Shown: positions 43,931-58,511, counted from the stretch's first letter. The stretch is 64,000 bases of DNA from Eledone cirrhosa (GCA_964016885.1 CAXHJY010000866.1:1-64000); one strand, 5' to 3'. The notes: a model not told the origin generated them from the letters alone. Numbers and translations: made by a program.

Positions 43931-44175
43931 ATTAATGCCGTGTGTCGATGTGGTTGCTCAACTATGTAGGAGACGATTATTAGGTATAGGATTATGCAAG
44001 ATGCAGTGATGGTTAATTACTACACTGGATATGGTTGACGTACGGTAAGAGGTTACTCTACGAGTTATGGAAGAATTGTTCAAGAAACTTAGTTCCTGAT
44101 CCTTCAGTATTCCGGAGTGTATATAAAGAATGAATAATAACACGTAGACATCATAAAAAGGTAGTTTATTCCGTG

Positions 44176-44287
44176 TGCTTACAAGTGTTTCCACGGTGGT
44201 ACTGCAGCCTAGTTCCGCTACGTGCAAATTCACAAGTATTTGCAGAACTCGAATATCCAATGCTGTGACCACTGTTTCCTCAGAGCA
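44176..44287 (-). ncRNA. Hammerhead ribozyme with ~85-nt stem II (family D 5' pLTR)
   Basis: Same motif as 41011-41122. Confidence 0.75.
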
Positions 44288-44544
44288 GAATGGTAAATAT
44301 ACAATGTAAAAACCCTTAAGTGGGGTTGTTGGGGAAGATAGAGTGGAACAGGAAGAGAGAAAAGTAGGGAAGATGGAGAGAGAAGGAAAGATATGCAGGG
44401 GTTGGAGAAGTAGGAGAGAGTGGCTTGTAGATATCTTAATCAAAATGTTATGGTAGGGGTTTTATTAGTTACGTTTGGAGAGATGCGTATATATATATCA
44501 TTGTTGACTCCGATCAAGAGGAAGCGAGAGTGTATTTAAATTAA

Positions 44545-45115
44545 TCTGAAAATGAGAACAAACATCTCTAGAACAGCTGCTAAAACAGCCAAATGCTGTC
44601 AAAGACAGCGATCGGAAGAATGACTCAGAGGACAGAAACCAGTGACCAGTGGGTGGTAGAGGGACAATCCACGAGGTGGGTGACAGGCAGATAAAATATA
44701 GAAACGACGCCTGCCACGCAATTCATGGATTGTCTCTGTCGACAATTTCCGTCTCCCTTAACATCCTCCGGGGAAACGCCTACTCCATTCTGTCCGCCGG
44801 GGCTGTGGGGAGGCCAGCACGTGGGACCCCATTTGCTCACTATAAAGAGAGATCGGGGAGGGTGGTAGAGATGGGGCTGATGGCGGTGTGAGTTCGGCTC
44901 TTCCGTATTGGGAGACAGTGCAACTGTCAAGAGTGTATTTTCATACTTGTGACCACGGACAGTGTATGTAAAGCATGATGGTAAACTCTAAAGTCACTCA
45001 ATCATTTAAACTGTCTACTGGTCTCTCTCCTCTGAGGTCTTTTAACCCATCGCCATCTTTGACAGCATTTGCTGTTTCAACAGCTGTTTTAGCGATGGGT
45101 TTTCTAATTTTTATA
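44545..45115. mobile_element. ~105-bp imperfect inverted repeats enclosing a CRE-like retrotransposon 3' end
   Basis: Arms 44548-44650 and 45010-45111. The interior encodes ISVSLNILRGNAYSILS and is homologous to 48310-48480 (-). Confidence 0.6.
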
Positions 45116-45924
45116 TGACAATGTATATACTATATACTCTTTTTGTGTAGTCTTCTGTGATTTTGAGAAACGTTAGTCGATCCCCCTCCATCTTGTGTTC
45201 AATATTTCATTTTATTTTCGCTTTGAAAGAACACCATTTCATTTATTGCTACTTTTATTATACTTTATTGTTTCAAATGAATCTATTTTTGATAAATGTT
45301 GAATTCATTATTCTCATACGTTAATCTCTTTTAAAACATTTTTTCCATTTTATTCTTAGTTTTTTAATCTTCTGCTCCTCCAATTATTTCTATCAATCTC
45401 TATTCTTTTATTTATCAGTAATCATTTCAATGTTTAACTGAGTGTGCTCTATCTCAATCTTTTGTTTTCCTATTTTCTGAATATTTAGCAAACAATTCAG
45501 TATGTGCGTCAGAAAATATACATATATGTTGTAGCTGTCGTTACAATCAGATCACTACAATAGTTAATACGCTTTAACTAATCATAGTCTCCATGTGAAA
45601 TTGATTTTCGTGGGATTAGGTAATAATGTCTGATTCCAGTAAACAAAGATAAGATCTGTAGACGCAACAACTCAGCAGGATATCTAAAATAGAAAATATT
45701 CTGATATAACCAAATTGAATCAACTCAACAATAGCTTTAGCAAAACAAATTACATTTCCATTGCTGCTGTCGAATATATAACATACTTTATTTAGCATTA
45801 ATAGATGATGACCGATACATTTAGAAATTACGTGTTGACTGAATACTTACAGTATTATGAAGCTGTGCATAGATATTCTGCTATGTCCTAGCATTCACAA
45901 GCTGCTGCTTCTACGAACTGAAAG

Positions 45925-46275
45925 ATTACAGCTCCGATATTATGGGCATGGGGTTAAAATGTCTCAGGTGAGTTGCTCCAGGTAGAGATGCTACTTCTCC
46001 GAATTGAGATATCACAGCTCCGATATTATGGGCATGGTGTTAGAATGTCTCATGAAAGAATCGCTGGTCAGATTTTACGGGCAAAACCAACTGACAGGAG
46101 ACAATGAGGTAGACTTCTAGAAAGAGGGTTGGATAATATCCATGAGCTTAGCTTGTCTGGCTTGGGAGAACCAGCTGGATCAGTTGGAGACGGTTACTTC
46201 TGACAGGACATGCTGGTAGGAGTGTTTGAGGAATTTACCCGCACAATCCTCTCAGGGATAAGTGGGCGAAGAAGT
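45925..46275 (+). mobile_element. RTE-clade LINE 3' remnant
   Basis: LQVEMLLLRIEISQLRYYGHGVRM-like; homologous to 7100-7190, 50015-50125 and 46740-46815 (-). Confidence 0.65.
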
Positions 46276-48112
46276 TGTTTAATTCAAACATCACAATCGC
46301 CTATTCAAACATTATATTATTTACAGTTGAAATTACTGCTACCCATGGAACTTCTTTGCAAAAGAAAGGTATACTGTGTAATCAATGACAAACTCTGTTG
46401 GTTGTGAACGAAATATAGAGCAAATATACGAATTTTTTATTGTTGGTTCCTATAAAAAAAAATACATAGCAGAACCAACCTGGAGACAGCACAGATTCTA
46501 ATGTTGCCATTGATGAGAAAATATTCGAATGAAGTTATGGGAGACGTCAGAAGCCAAATGTCGAAGGAATTCCTGTAGCGGCACCCCTGAAATTGATAAT
46601 GTTTTGTGGGGTCATTTCTTAAGGGCTGGCATAATATGGAAGAGAATTGCTATCATGTTTAATAATATGGGTTTACTTTTTGCGTTGAAATCCAAAATTC
46701 TTCTTTTCTTCTTTTTCCTTATTCTTCTTCGCTCACTTATTCCTGAGAGAGCCGTGGGGACAGAGTCTTCAAACACTCCTTCCAACGTGTCTTGTCAGAA
46801 ATACCCGTCTCCCACCGAAATTAGTATCAATTTGCTTTGAAATACTACCAAATCAGTTGTCTTCTCTTTCACCTTTACAACATTACGTTCGGCATTTTTA
46901 TACCGTTTCTGCAGGGGTAAATAAACCGATTAAGTTTTGTTGTTAATATTGCTTCCTTATTGTATATAATAGTTTTCCTGGAGGTGAGACCCAGTAAGCC
47001 GGTCTCCTAAATTAAAAAAAATGTATTATAGGACAGTTGAATTCAATGAAACGAGACTGAAATGCTTATATTTTTGTAAACGTATGTAAAACAGTAATGG
47101 AAATGTGTGTCGTGTATGGTAAATTTTAATGTTGGGATCTTTATTACAGAACCTACTTTAAATTACGGAGGATGAAGATATGCATTTACGTTAGGAAATG
47201 TTCGGTTTTCTACTTATTAAGAGGACTGTCAAGAATTTAAGTGGTTGCATGCCCAGCTAAGTTATCAGCACTGTGTGATGCCAAGAAACTATTCTGATTT
47301 TCTAACGCTCGTATTGCGTGATTATTTGTAAACCATTTGTTATAAATGACATCCAGTTACACGAGTTGAATGCATGAATACGTCAGCATTTGTCTGCTAT
47401 TAATTGTAACAAGACACAACCTTATGCATGATATACATTTCTTTGATACATAATATTTTGCATGCCCATTTCACAATATACTTGAGATACATAGAACAAT
47501 CAAATTCACAAATACATCTTCCCGCAGTTGGATATATGGCAGCTCAGTCAATATTTAATATTTACACACATGAATGGAATTACTGAAATAGCTCTATACA
47601 TCAGCTTGTGTCAGACTCACAGTTATGACCAAAAACTAATCTCTACTGTTTTTTATTTAAAAAAATAGTAAGGCCTAGTTAAACGATAATCTAACGTAGA
47701 GACATGTTATCTCATCTCTGTTATCTATTCTATAACGAAGGATACATTTAATGTTTGTTTTTATTTCACAAACAGTCTAGAAGATCTCCCGCTATGCCAA
47801 ACTCACTTATTTCCATTTCAATCTTGTTAACTCCACGACAAAGTATCACTTTAGAAACATACCACCTCAGGCAGCTGTACTTTATCCATATGTAACTCTC
47901 TTTACGTTGCATTACAGTGAGTTATTGCTATTTACCTGCTGCAGTTTAATTTGTACATCAACATTCTTGATCTTCCTGTGGATTTATTCATTGGTGAAAA
48001 TAATGGATTTTATGGATAAACTGACCCCCGTACGAGAAACATAGTTACAAAAATAACTTTATGAATAGAAAAATACGTGCATGCTATCATAATGAAGGGT
48101 GCATTGAATGAT

Positions 48113-48213
48113 AATTGTTTCTACTTTTGACACAAGGCCAGCAATTACCCAGTGCATTACTGGTATTTATTTTATCGACCCCGTAAGGATGAAAGGCAAA
48201 GTTAACCTCGGCG
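48113..48213 (-). mobile_element. Truncated SINE
   Basis: Reverse-complement SINE core, flanked by the direct repeat attgaatgataat. Confidence 0.75.
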
Positions 48214-48269
48214 TATTGAATGATAATAGACATGATTAAGACAAAGCTGTCTTAATTACTCATTACATG

Positions 48270-48905
48270 AACTCTATAGTTAATGAACACAACCACAAGA
48301 ATATTGTCCGAACGTGGAAGAGCCGAACTCCCACTGTCATCGCCTCCATCTCTCTCGCCCTCCTCATCTCTCTGTATGGTGAGCAAATGGGGTACCACGT
48401 GCTGGCCTCCCCACAGCTCCGGTGGACAGAATGGCGAAGGCGTTTCCCCGGAGGATGGTAAGGGATATGCGGTGGAAGAGCCATTCAATCTCATGAGGCT
48501 CACACCTGCGGCTAGCCAGCTCAACGCCTATGGTGGTAAGTAGGGAGGTAGACCCAGAGCCAAAGTCAGCAGACGTTTCCACTGCTACAGGTAGCCAGCT
48601 CAGCGCCTATGGTGGTAAATAGGGAGGTAGCCCTAGGGCCAAGGACACCAGAAGTCTCCACTGCATCAGGTAGCCAGCTCAGCGCCTATGGTGGTAAATA
48701 GGGAGGTAGACCTAGGGCCAAGGACACCAGAAGTCTCCACTGCTACTGGTAGCCAGCTCAGCGCCTATGGTGGTAAGTAGGAAGGTAGCCCTAGGGCCAA
48801 GGACACCAGAGGTTCCACTGCTACATGTAGACAGCTCAGCGCCTATGGTGATGAGTAGGGGGGTAGCCCTATGGCTAAGGACACCAGAAGTCTCCACTGC
48901 CAAGG
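48270..48905 (-). mobile_element. CRE-like RLE retrotransposon 3' end with 79-bp tandem amplification (about 5 units)
   Basis: PLAVETSGVLG..A..LL..IGAEL..EIEWLFHRISLTILRGNAFAILS. Repeat starts at 48512, 48591, 48670, 48749 and 48827. Confidence 0.65.
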
Positions 48906-49044
48906 GCACGTCGGTGCCTCTCAAATGTGAAATGGAAAGGTTTTACCCGCTATAAATAACGCTATATATGCCTGTGTACACATGTAGGCTCCCATAACGT
49001 AAGGATGTGTGTTTGTGTATGCCTGGATGCATGTTTGACTAGCC

Positions 49045-49470
49045 TACTCTCTCTCTCTCTCGTTCTCTCTCTCTCTCCTCTCCTCTATCACCATCTCTCT
49101 CTATCTCACTCTCTATTTCATTCTCGTTCTCTATGCTTCTCCCTCTCTATGTCTCTCTCTCTCTCAATCCCACTCTCGCGATTCCTCTCTCTCTCTCTCT
49201 CTTTCTATTTCTGCCTCTCTCTCTCTCTCTCTCTCTCTGCCTCTCTCTCTTTCTATATCTGCCTCTCTCTCTCTCTTCTCTATCACTATCTCTCTCTATG
49301 CTTCTCTATCACTATCTCTCTCTATGCTTCTCTATCACTATCTTTCTCTATGCTTCTCTCTCTCTATGCTTCTCTCTCTCTATGATTCTATCTCTCTATG
49401 CTTCTTTCTTTCTCTCTCTATGCTTCTCTCTCTCTCTCTCTACCTCCATTTCTCTTTCTATCTGTATATC
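49045..49470. repeat. (CT)n-rich low-complexity tract
   Basis: ctctctct with atgctt variants. Confidence 0.9.
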
Positions 49471-50777
49471 TACGTCTGTGGTGAACTTTGAGATAGTCTT
49501 TTCTCTTAATTTTCGAATGTATGGAGGCTACGTAAAGGAGGTCCTGTTTTCCTCAACATACATTCTAACCAGTTCTCTCTGTAATACGTCTATTCAGTAA
49601 AATACAGAATGCTATACAAAACAAGCATTCCATGTTTAGATAAATAAAATCGGGGAATTGTCAGAGATACTATCCTGGTGAAGAAACACCGGATTAAGGA
49701 ATAATAAACTTAACATTGCAAGGGGAAATTACAAGGACAACTCTGAGTTGGAAAACATTAAATTGTGAATAACGTTTCTTATTTTAATTAATTTACTGCT
49801 GAGAAGGCAGAAACTCGCAAAGGTAGAAACTCAATCTGAATGGTGATATCTGCCACACGTTTTCCATATAAGTGACCTTTGCAATGACAAGTTGTCGCAA
49901 TTCGTCCACTTACCATGTTGTGACTTTTAAATGGCTTTCTTGTACCTCGTTCGTCACTTCCCGAATAACCAGTTCACAATGATCCTTGGGTAATAACCGA
50001 AATAATATTATCGCGAACACAAGCGGCTGAAATAGGGCACCTCCTTAGGGTCTTCGGGGTAACATTACTCGAGAGTCACTTCAGGTAGAGTTGCTACTTC
50101 TCCGAATTGAGAGATCACAGCCCCAACTGCCTCAACGGCTCTCTCACACGTAAGTGGAAGAAGGAGGAAGGGGAGTATTGAGAAAGATGAGACAACAGAA
50201 AGGAAAGGAGATAAAGAAGAAGACAGTAACTTAATATATAGTTATTATTTAAGATTAAGTTGGAAGATATTAATGTAAATAGGAAACCTTTGAAATAATT
50301 TAATTAATACAAACAAAGCCGGCATTGCCCAAGTTGATACCAAAAGGGTTAAATGTGCTCACATGTGTTTAACTGGAACTTATTTATTTCAATATATAAG
50401 GTGAAGTGGTTTGATGATGGTTATTCTTATTCTGCAAATTTGTTTCCATATTTTATAGAAGCAATAAGAAAATTCTGCTTTGTTTCCATATTTCGTTAAC
50501 ATTTATGATGGTGCTTTGTTGTCTTACCGGATTTTAGAGTTTATTAAGTAAAAGACGAGAGAAAAATTATTGATTCAGCGTCTCTTGGATGTCATGTGCT
50601 GCAGGAAAGAGAATAAAAAAATTATTCAAAATTTATGAGATTCAAGCCATTTCGTATAGATTTATTGATTGAGGTTAGATAAATATACACTAATCACGTG
50701 GTTTACGTTGCGACACCACGGATCATAAGACACTCCCCTTTACGCACACACGTACAGTCACCCACATTCACCTGCAT

Positions 50778-50810
<33 letters not shown>

Positions 50811-50870
50811 ATGTGTGCGCACACACATTCAGACACACACGCACACGCACACACACACATATAATATATG

Positions 50871-50901
<31 letters not shown>

Positions 50902-51034
50902 ATAAATATATATATCCTAGAAACGATCGTTAAATAATGAACTTTTTTTGTTTAATATAAGGAATTGTTTGTTCATTATTTGTTTAATATTTTATATATA
51001 TATATATATAGACATATATATATATATATATATA

Positions 51035-51074
<40 letters not shown>

Positions 51075-51672
51075 TATATATATATTTTATAACATGTTAT
51101 CCATGTGCAACCATGCATTATTCTTCTCTCCATTTTTTCACATATATTTACCTAAACTGCGATTCTGTTTTTCTCTCTCTCTCTCTCTCTCTTACTGCTC
51201 CCTCGTTCTCTCTGTTTCTCTTACTTTCTTTCGTCCCCTCTGTCATGTCAGTTAACACTTTCTCTCTACTGACCTCTTCCTCACACTTCTACTCACTCAC
51301 TCACTGTTTCTCCCCTTCTCACTTCACCCCGTTCGCGATGTTAACGATTTTCCTTCTTTCTTACATTGAATTCATCTCGAAAAGTTTATTTTCTACTCGC
51401 TCATATATTCACCCCGCTTATACTGATAGAATAACTATGTAGCTTGTGTCTTTCCTATCTTTGGTTAGCTTTCCTCTGTGTTGTTTACTTGTCTCACTCG
51501 CTTTACGCGTTTTAATTGTCCTAATAACTTATTTTAGTTATTATTGCGCCAACGTGAGCTATATGATTTTTAATGTAATGAAATACCTATGACCGTTGGT
51601 AAATCACTGATGAGGAACTCATTTTATAACATGTTATGCATGTGCAACCATGCAGTATTCTTCTCCCCATTT

Positions 51673-51721
<49 letters not shown>

Positions 51722-51727
<6 letters not shown>

Positions 51728-52855
51728 GTATAGGATTATCCAAGATGCAGTGATGGTTAATTACTACACTGGATATGGTTGACGTACGGTAAGAGGTTAC
51801 TCTACGAGATATGGAAGAATTGTTCAAGAAACTTAGTTCCTGATCCTTCAGTATTCCGGAGTGTATATAAAGAATGAATAATAACAGGTAGACATCATAA
51901 AAAGGTAGTTTATTCCGTGTGCTTACAAGTGTTTCCACGGTGGTACTGCAGCCTAGTTCCGCTACGTGCAAATTCACAAGTATTTGCAGAACTCGAATAT
52001 CCAATGCTGTGACCACTGTTTCCTCAGAGCAGAATGGTAAATATACAATGTAAAAACCCTTAAGTGGGGTTGTTGGGGAAGATAGAGTGGAACAGGAAGA
52101 GAGAAAAGTAGGGAAGATGGAGAGAGAAGGAAAGATATGCAGGGGTTGGAGAAGTAGGAGAGAGTGGCTTGTAGATATCTTAATCAAAATGTTATGGTAG
52201 GGGTTTTATTAGTTACTTTTGGAGAGATGCGTAGATAGTTGAGGTCGGAATTATTTATTGCCCCAGAGGTCAAGTTCATAGATGTTGAGAGGGAGGTAGG
52301 TCAAAGGTGAGAGAGAGAGAGTGTAATGGATGTAGAGAGAGATATATAGGTAGAGAGGGGACAGATAAAATATATGTGGTGAGTGAACTTTTGGTTCTGT
52401 AGTAGTAATCTAGGAATTGTACTGAGTTACCATGTATAGTGATAAGCAGTGTATTGTCTTGTAGTGTGGGGGAGAAGAGAAGGTTGTTAGCTAGAAAGTG
52501 GTGTTGTAGTTACGGGTTCGAATGTTAAGTTATTTTATAGTGAGAGAATTTAGCTTTTAGTTTGTGGTTGCAGTATAATGATCGTTCAATTCTATCGTTA
52601 AGTAGTTTGTTTTTGGATTTTAGTATGTAAAATAGCTCAAGGTTACATAACCTGCAGTACTTCAAACCACTCCGATATGCATTTGCGCTGGAAAGTATAT
52701 CCCATTTTAAGGTGAACTGTTGGTTGTGTTCACGGAGTTGCCAGGTCTTGTTGGCGAGCGTGGTCACAAAACGGTGATTCTGATGTTTGATTGAGAATCG
52801 ATGACGGTACCAGCGAGATTTAAACGATGTGGTGGTAGATCCGATATAATACCAT
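51722..52855 (-). mobile_element. PLE family D, 5'-truncated copy with pLTR and extended tail
   Basis: Near-identical to 41945-40955 plus ~140 nt matching 44120-43978. HHR at 51920-52031. Confidence 0.93.
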
Positions 52856-53500
<645 letters not shown>

Positions 53501-53504
53501 CTCT

Positions 53505-53993
53505 AAGAGCAAAAGACAATCTAAGTCAATGAAAAACATCCTAACACATGCCAAAGTACTGCCAACCACAACAACGAAACCCACAGTAAAAAAATCCGAT
53601 AGACCCAACTGTGCCATATGCATCAACCTAATAGAGGGTTCGGAATTATATTTCAAAGAAGGACAACGTTTTATAGTAAAACACAATTTCACATGCGCAT
53701 CAGAAAATCTAATATATGTATTAACTTGCTCAGGTTGTCAAGAACAATACATAGGCCAGACCAAAGACAGCCTCCGCCAACACATGACTGTCCATAGATC
53801 CCAATTTAAAATACGGGAATACAGGAAAATACCACTGAGTGAACACATTGTTACCTGTGCCGCCCAAAATCATCCCAACTTCAGAGTCTTTCCTCTCTAC
53901 AAATTTAAAGATAATGCCAGCCACACCCAGCGCATCAGCAAGGAATCTTACTTTATTAACAAATACGGACCCCGTCTAAACACTTCTCCCTAA
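53505..53993 (+). pseudogene. PLE family F (Neptune-like) GIY-YIG fragment, 5'-truncated
   Basis: [67 protein letters not shown]. Confidence 0.82.
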
Positions 53994-54614
53994 GAAGAAC
54001 CCACAACATACACACGTCAACATACATACCTACATCAGCATACATCTCTATCCACATATAAAACAATGACATACGTAAACACACATGTTCTATGGTGCAA
54101 CACAAATATGCACAAATTTGCATACCTTTTGATGTCTATAGATATAAACGCGCCGACACACACACATACATAAACGCACACATGCATTGCACACTGATGG
54201 GCACATACATAGTTGTACACAAGTATTCCAATACGGCAAGGCCTAATGGATTCCCCTTGCAGTACGTACAATCTGGACACTCACACACACCTTGGTATTA
54301 TGCCAATACTATATATCATTTCACACCTTTTATTATTAAGGTTTTTTGATGTTCTATTGAGAGAATCGTTTTTACTGAAAATATCGAATAATGTACACCA
54401 TTTTACCAGAAATAAATACTGGTCCACCCACCTACACACATTCTCACACACACATACACACGCGTACATTAACATACAAAGAGACATACACCCCCACACA
54501 CACACTTCTCCGTATAAGACAAGAGCTGAAAAATATCTGTTAACATGTTAAAATATCCCCCACACACTAACAGACACATTCCTACTAACCATCCCTCTAC
54601 CAGGAGTTTCTCTG

Positions 54615-54649
<35 letters not shown>

Positions 54650-55149
54650 TCTTAATAGGTTTTGAACTGTCAACAGGCTGCGGTTCGCACACACATTATC
54701 ACAACAACGAACCTCTTTACTACTACTATACACACACACACATATTTGTTTTGAAAGACTTATTTTTCAGTGACTTCTCAATCAGCCGACACAAACCTAC
54801 ATTTGGCGCAAAATCAATTTTTAACATTCACATGACCTCTACCGACCAATCTAAATTGTTTTGACCACAAGAATTTTTGCAACACGAATTGGCGCGAAAC
54901 TTATTTTAATACCGCTGGAGCCACTTTCTTCACATAAAAACAGGTAAAATTCCCCAAACTAATCAGATCAGAGCAAACATCACGGACGCTCTATCTCAAA
55001 ATTATTTTTGAAAAGCAATAGAAATGCGCAACCGGTAAAACTTAAAACCAAAACTGAATACTAACCAATAATATTACTAATTCTCACTTATTCCTAATTA
55101 AACTATTTTTCACTGTTAACGATTTGTCAGCATTTTCTTTTCTATTTAC

Positions 55150-55241
55150 CAATATATATATATAAAATATATACATGTCTGTATATATATATATATATAT
55201 ATACATGTCTGTATATATATATATATATATATATATACATG

Positions 55242-55286
<45 letters not shown>

Positions 55287-55287
55287 G

Positions 55288-55342
<55 letters not shown>

Positions 55343-55343
55343 G

Positions 55344-55416
<73 letters not shown>

Positions 55417-55633
55417 GTCTGTATATATATATATACATGTCTATATATATATATGTCTATATATATATATATACATGTCTGTATATATATATATATATAT
55501 GTCTATATATATATATATATGTCTATATATATATACATGTCTGTATATATATATATACATGTCTGTATATATATATATATATGTCTGTATATATATATAT
55601 ATATATATATATGTCTGTATATATATATATATG

Positions 55634-55669
<36 letters not shown>

Positions 55670-55729
55670 TGTATATATATATATATATATTTATATATGT
55701 CTGTATATATATATATATATTTATATATG

Positions 55730-55788
<59 letters not shown>

Positions 55789-55789
55789 G

Positions 55790-55845
<56 letters not shown>

Positions 55846-55960
55846 TATATATATCTATATCTGTATATATTTATATATACATGTCTATATATATCTATAT
55901 CTGTATATATATATACATGTCTATATATATCTATATATATATATATATATATATATATTT
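55150..55960. repeat. Interrupted (TA)n with acatgtctgta variant
   Basis: Direct reading of the sequence. Confidence 0.95.
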
Positions 55961-56593
55961 CAAGAATAAAAAGACGATCACAGAGCTGCAATAAAACAAA
56001 GTTTCATTACTTTCATATATATATATATAGTTATACTTTGGGAGGGTCATGTTGCCAATAAGAAACACACGCACCACATAGTTTCACTTCAATTTATTAT
56101 AATAAATTTATAAATTTAGGAATTTATAAATTTCCGTTTGGTTGGTTGGTTTCACGACCAGATGATTGTTTATATATTGTCAAAGTTCTTTCGTCACACA
56201 TTCTGTGACCTCTTCAGTGACTGGGGATTCTTTTCTTTGTTTGTGTGCCTCTCCTTTGCTCTGTCCTACGCCATCTTGTTTTTGTGTGTGTTGTCTGCTT
56301 AGTTTGCGCATGTGTTACATCCAGGTGTCTGTGTCTGTTTATATTTGTTTATTTATTTGTTTATTTACATGTTACTGGTTGGTTGTTTGTTCTATGTGCG
56401 TGTGTGTTTTCATTTTATCCTTAATTGTAAGTTGTGATTTTGCTATTCCACTCATGTTTTCTATTTAATTTTGGTTGGAGTTCATTTATTTTTATTGCCT
56501 CTGTGATTTGTCTAAATATTGCGTCTTTTCTGTGTGTAGATTATGTGTGTAGATTCATAAACGAAATATAGATATATATATATATATATATAT

Positions 56594-56835
56594 AGGAACA
56601 TGTATGACCCCGACGGCAGAGCTCAAGCCGCTTCGGCGGCTATTTCTGCTCTGAATTACAATTTTTAGCGTGGTAATTCCTTATATGGGAAGATTGTAGT
56701 TCTCAAAAGGATTGGTCAAATTTTTTTGTAAACACAATTAAGTCTTGGTGGTAGTGGGAGGTGGGGGTTGCTGCACTTGCCTGTAGAATAATGAGGGAGC
56801 CGGTCAAGCGTTGAAAGTGAATTCTATATACCAAA
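56594..56835 (-). mobile_element. Family A 3' UTR/pLTR fragment
   Basis: gaccccgacggcagagctcaagccgcttcggcggctatttctg; reverse complement matches 4610-4890 with deletions. Confidence 0.75.
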
Positions 56836-57412
56836 TTCTAAGGAGTGTGTATGAAATTAGGCTAGGTAGAAAGCCGGGGAATTTGAGAGAGGGACGTTAT
56901 AAAGTTAAAGGTTAAAAAATTGCGATTAAAAGATAATAAATAAAAAAATAATAAAAAAATTAAATAGTAACAAAAGTAGAAACACTTATTACTATATATA
57001 TATATATATATGGGGACCGGCTTTCGACAAACAACACCACGCGTTCGACCAGCCCCCTGTATCATGAAAAGAAAATCCTTTTCAAGAAAATTATTGGACT
57101 TTTCCAACTTTAAATGTTTATTTTAGGTTTTGCCATCTGAAAACCTCAAGTTATCTAAACTGATAGTCCTCAGTGAAATGTGTATAACGGAGTTTTAAAT
57201 AAACCTGAACTAACTAAGTATGTGCTCTATCTTGTGTTAATAATAATATATATATATGCACACGCACGCACGCACGCGCACACAAGCACGCACGCGCGTA
57301 CATAAACAAGAAAGAGACAAATGAATAAATATATTGATAGATAGATACTTTGCTTTCCATAGTCTCCAATATTTACATTAATTTTATCCACATATATTTT
57401 CACTTCTTTCAG

Positions 57413-57460
57413 GTAAATGAACAACTCATTGGAGAAGAACAAATTTTGTTTGTAATCCTG
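57413..57460 (+). CDS. Candidate 48-nt host exon (VNEQLIGEEQILFVIL)
   Basis: Acceptor ttttcacttctttcAG and donor ctg|GTAAGT; open in phase 0. No homology support. Confidence 0.3.
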
Positions 57461-58511
57461 GTAAGTCAGCAATATATATTATATACAAAGAATAGTGTGC
57501 TCATGCGCAGAGCTGGCACACAATAGGCTTCCAAATAGGGTGAAGACCCATAAAGACGGAAAAGAATTCCCTATCGGTCGATATTTTATAGGCTACTTCA
57601 TGTTAACTCTGCATGTTAGCACACTATTCTTTATGCTATCTTTGTCCAAGTGGTCGGCGATGAATACCCGATTTATGTTTCATTTGATAAATAGCTCTGT
57701 TTATTGAATTATTTCCGTTATTTTGATTATTTTAACTCTTGCGATCATCGATCAAAGCTTAAGGCGGACACCAGACACACACATATATATATATATGAAT
57801 ATCTGTGTGTATTTTATTTTTATATTGTCCCAAAGTCCCTTATGGATGAGTTAACCAGGCGTGTACTAACTGCTTTTTCTAGCAAATACGTTACTCGCTC
57901 ACTGTCCACCTTACTACCTATCTGTAACCACTGTATAACGTGTTAAGTTCTCCCTCCACCTCTTGCGAATTTCTCATTTCTTACGAAAGAAACTCTCCTT
58001 TTTTTGTTTTACCAGTGTATCACGTGTTAATTTCTCCCTCCACTTCTCGAGATTTTCTCACTTGCTATGAACGCGTCAGCAAACGGTGTTTTTTGTTACT
58101 GCGTCTCTTGAGTAGCCTAATCAACCTCAGAGCGATGATGCATTTGTATAGTGCAGGGACTTTGAAGAAAAAATACGTATATTTTTGTCTATTATTTCCT
58201 CGCTTGCTTTTTTTATTCCTATTGCATATATATATATATATGTGAAAAAGGTAACAGAAATAAACAAGCGACATATATATAATACTGGAATTGAATAAAC
58301 AAGACCGTAGCGGTGTCATATATCAAATCATATATTTTTGCCTGATGAAAATGTACTGAAACAGCAGAGTACCTTTGAAATATATATAAAGTATATATTT
58401 TGAAATATATATATATTTTGAAATATATATATATTTTGAAATATATATAAAGTATATATTTTGATTATGCGAATGTTTTTCATTTGTAAACATTTTGAAT
58501 AATATATATAA

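Larger units (their letters stand above)
40955..44488 (-). mobile_element. PLE family D, full-length with direct pLTRs
   Basis: Near-identical pLTRs at 44120-44488 and 40955-41324 flank the ORF; TA repeats on both sides. Confidence 0.95.

Noticed and set aside
43958-44443. Recurrent MIKISTSH ORF (also 40853 and 51675)
   Set aside because: Spans the non-coding pLTR/HHR; recurrence only reflects pLTR identity and the start is non-ATG.
45851-45917. Minus-strand exon-like segment with ag/gtaag boundaries
   Set aside because: Stop codons in all three frames.
51606-51625. CUGAUGA core near a 55-bp direct repeat (51085/51622)
   Set aside because: No stem II or GAAA half; at most a truncated remnant.
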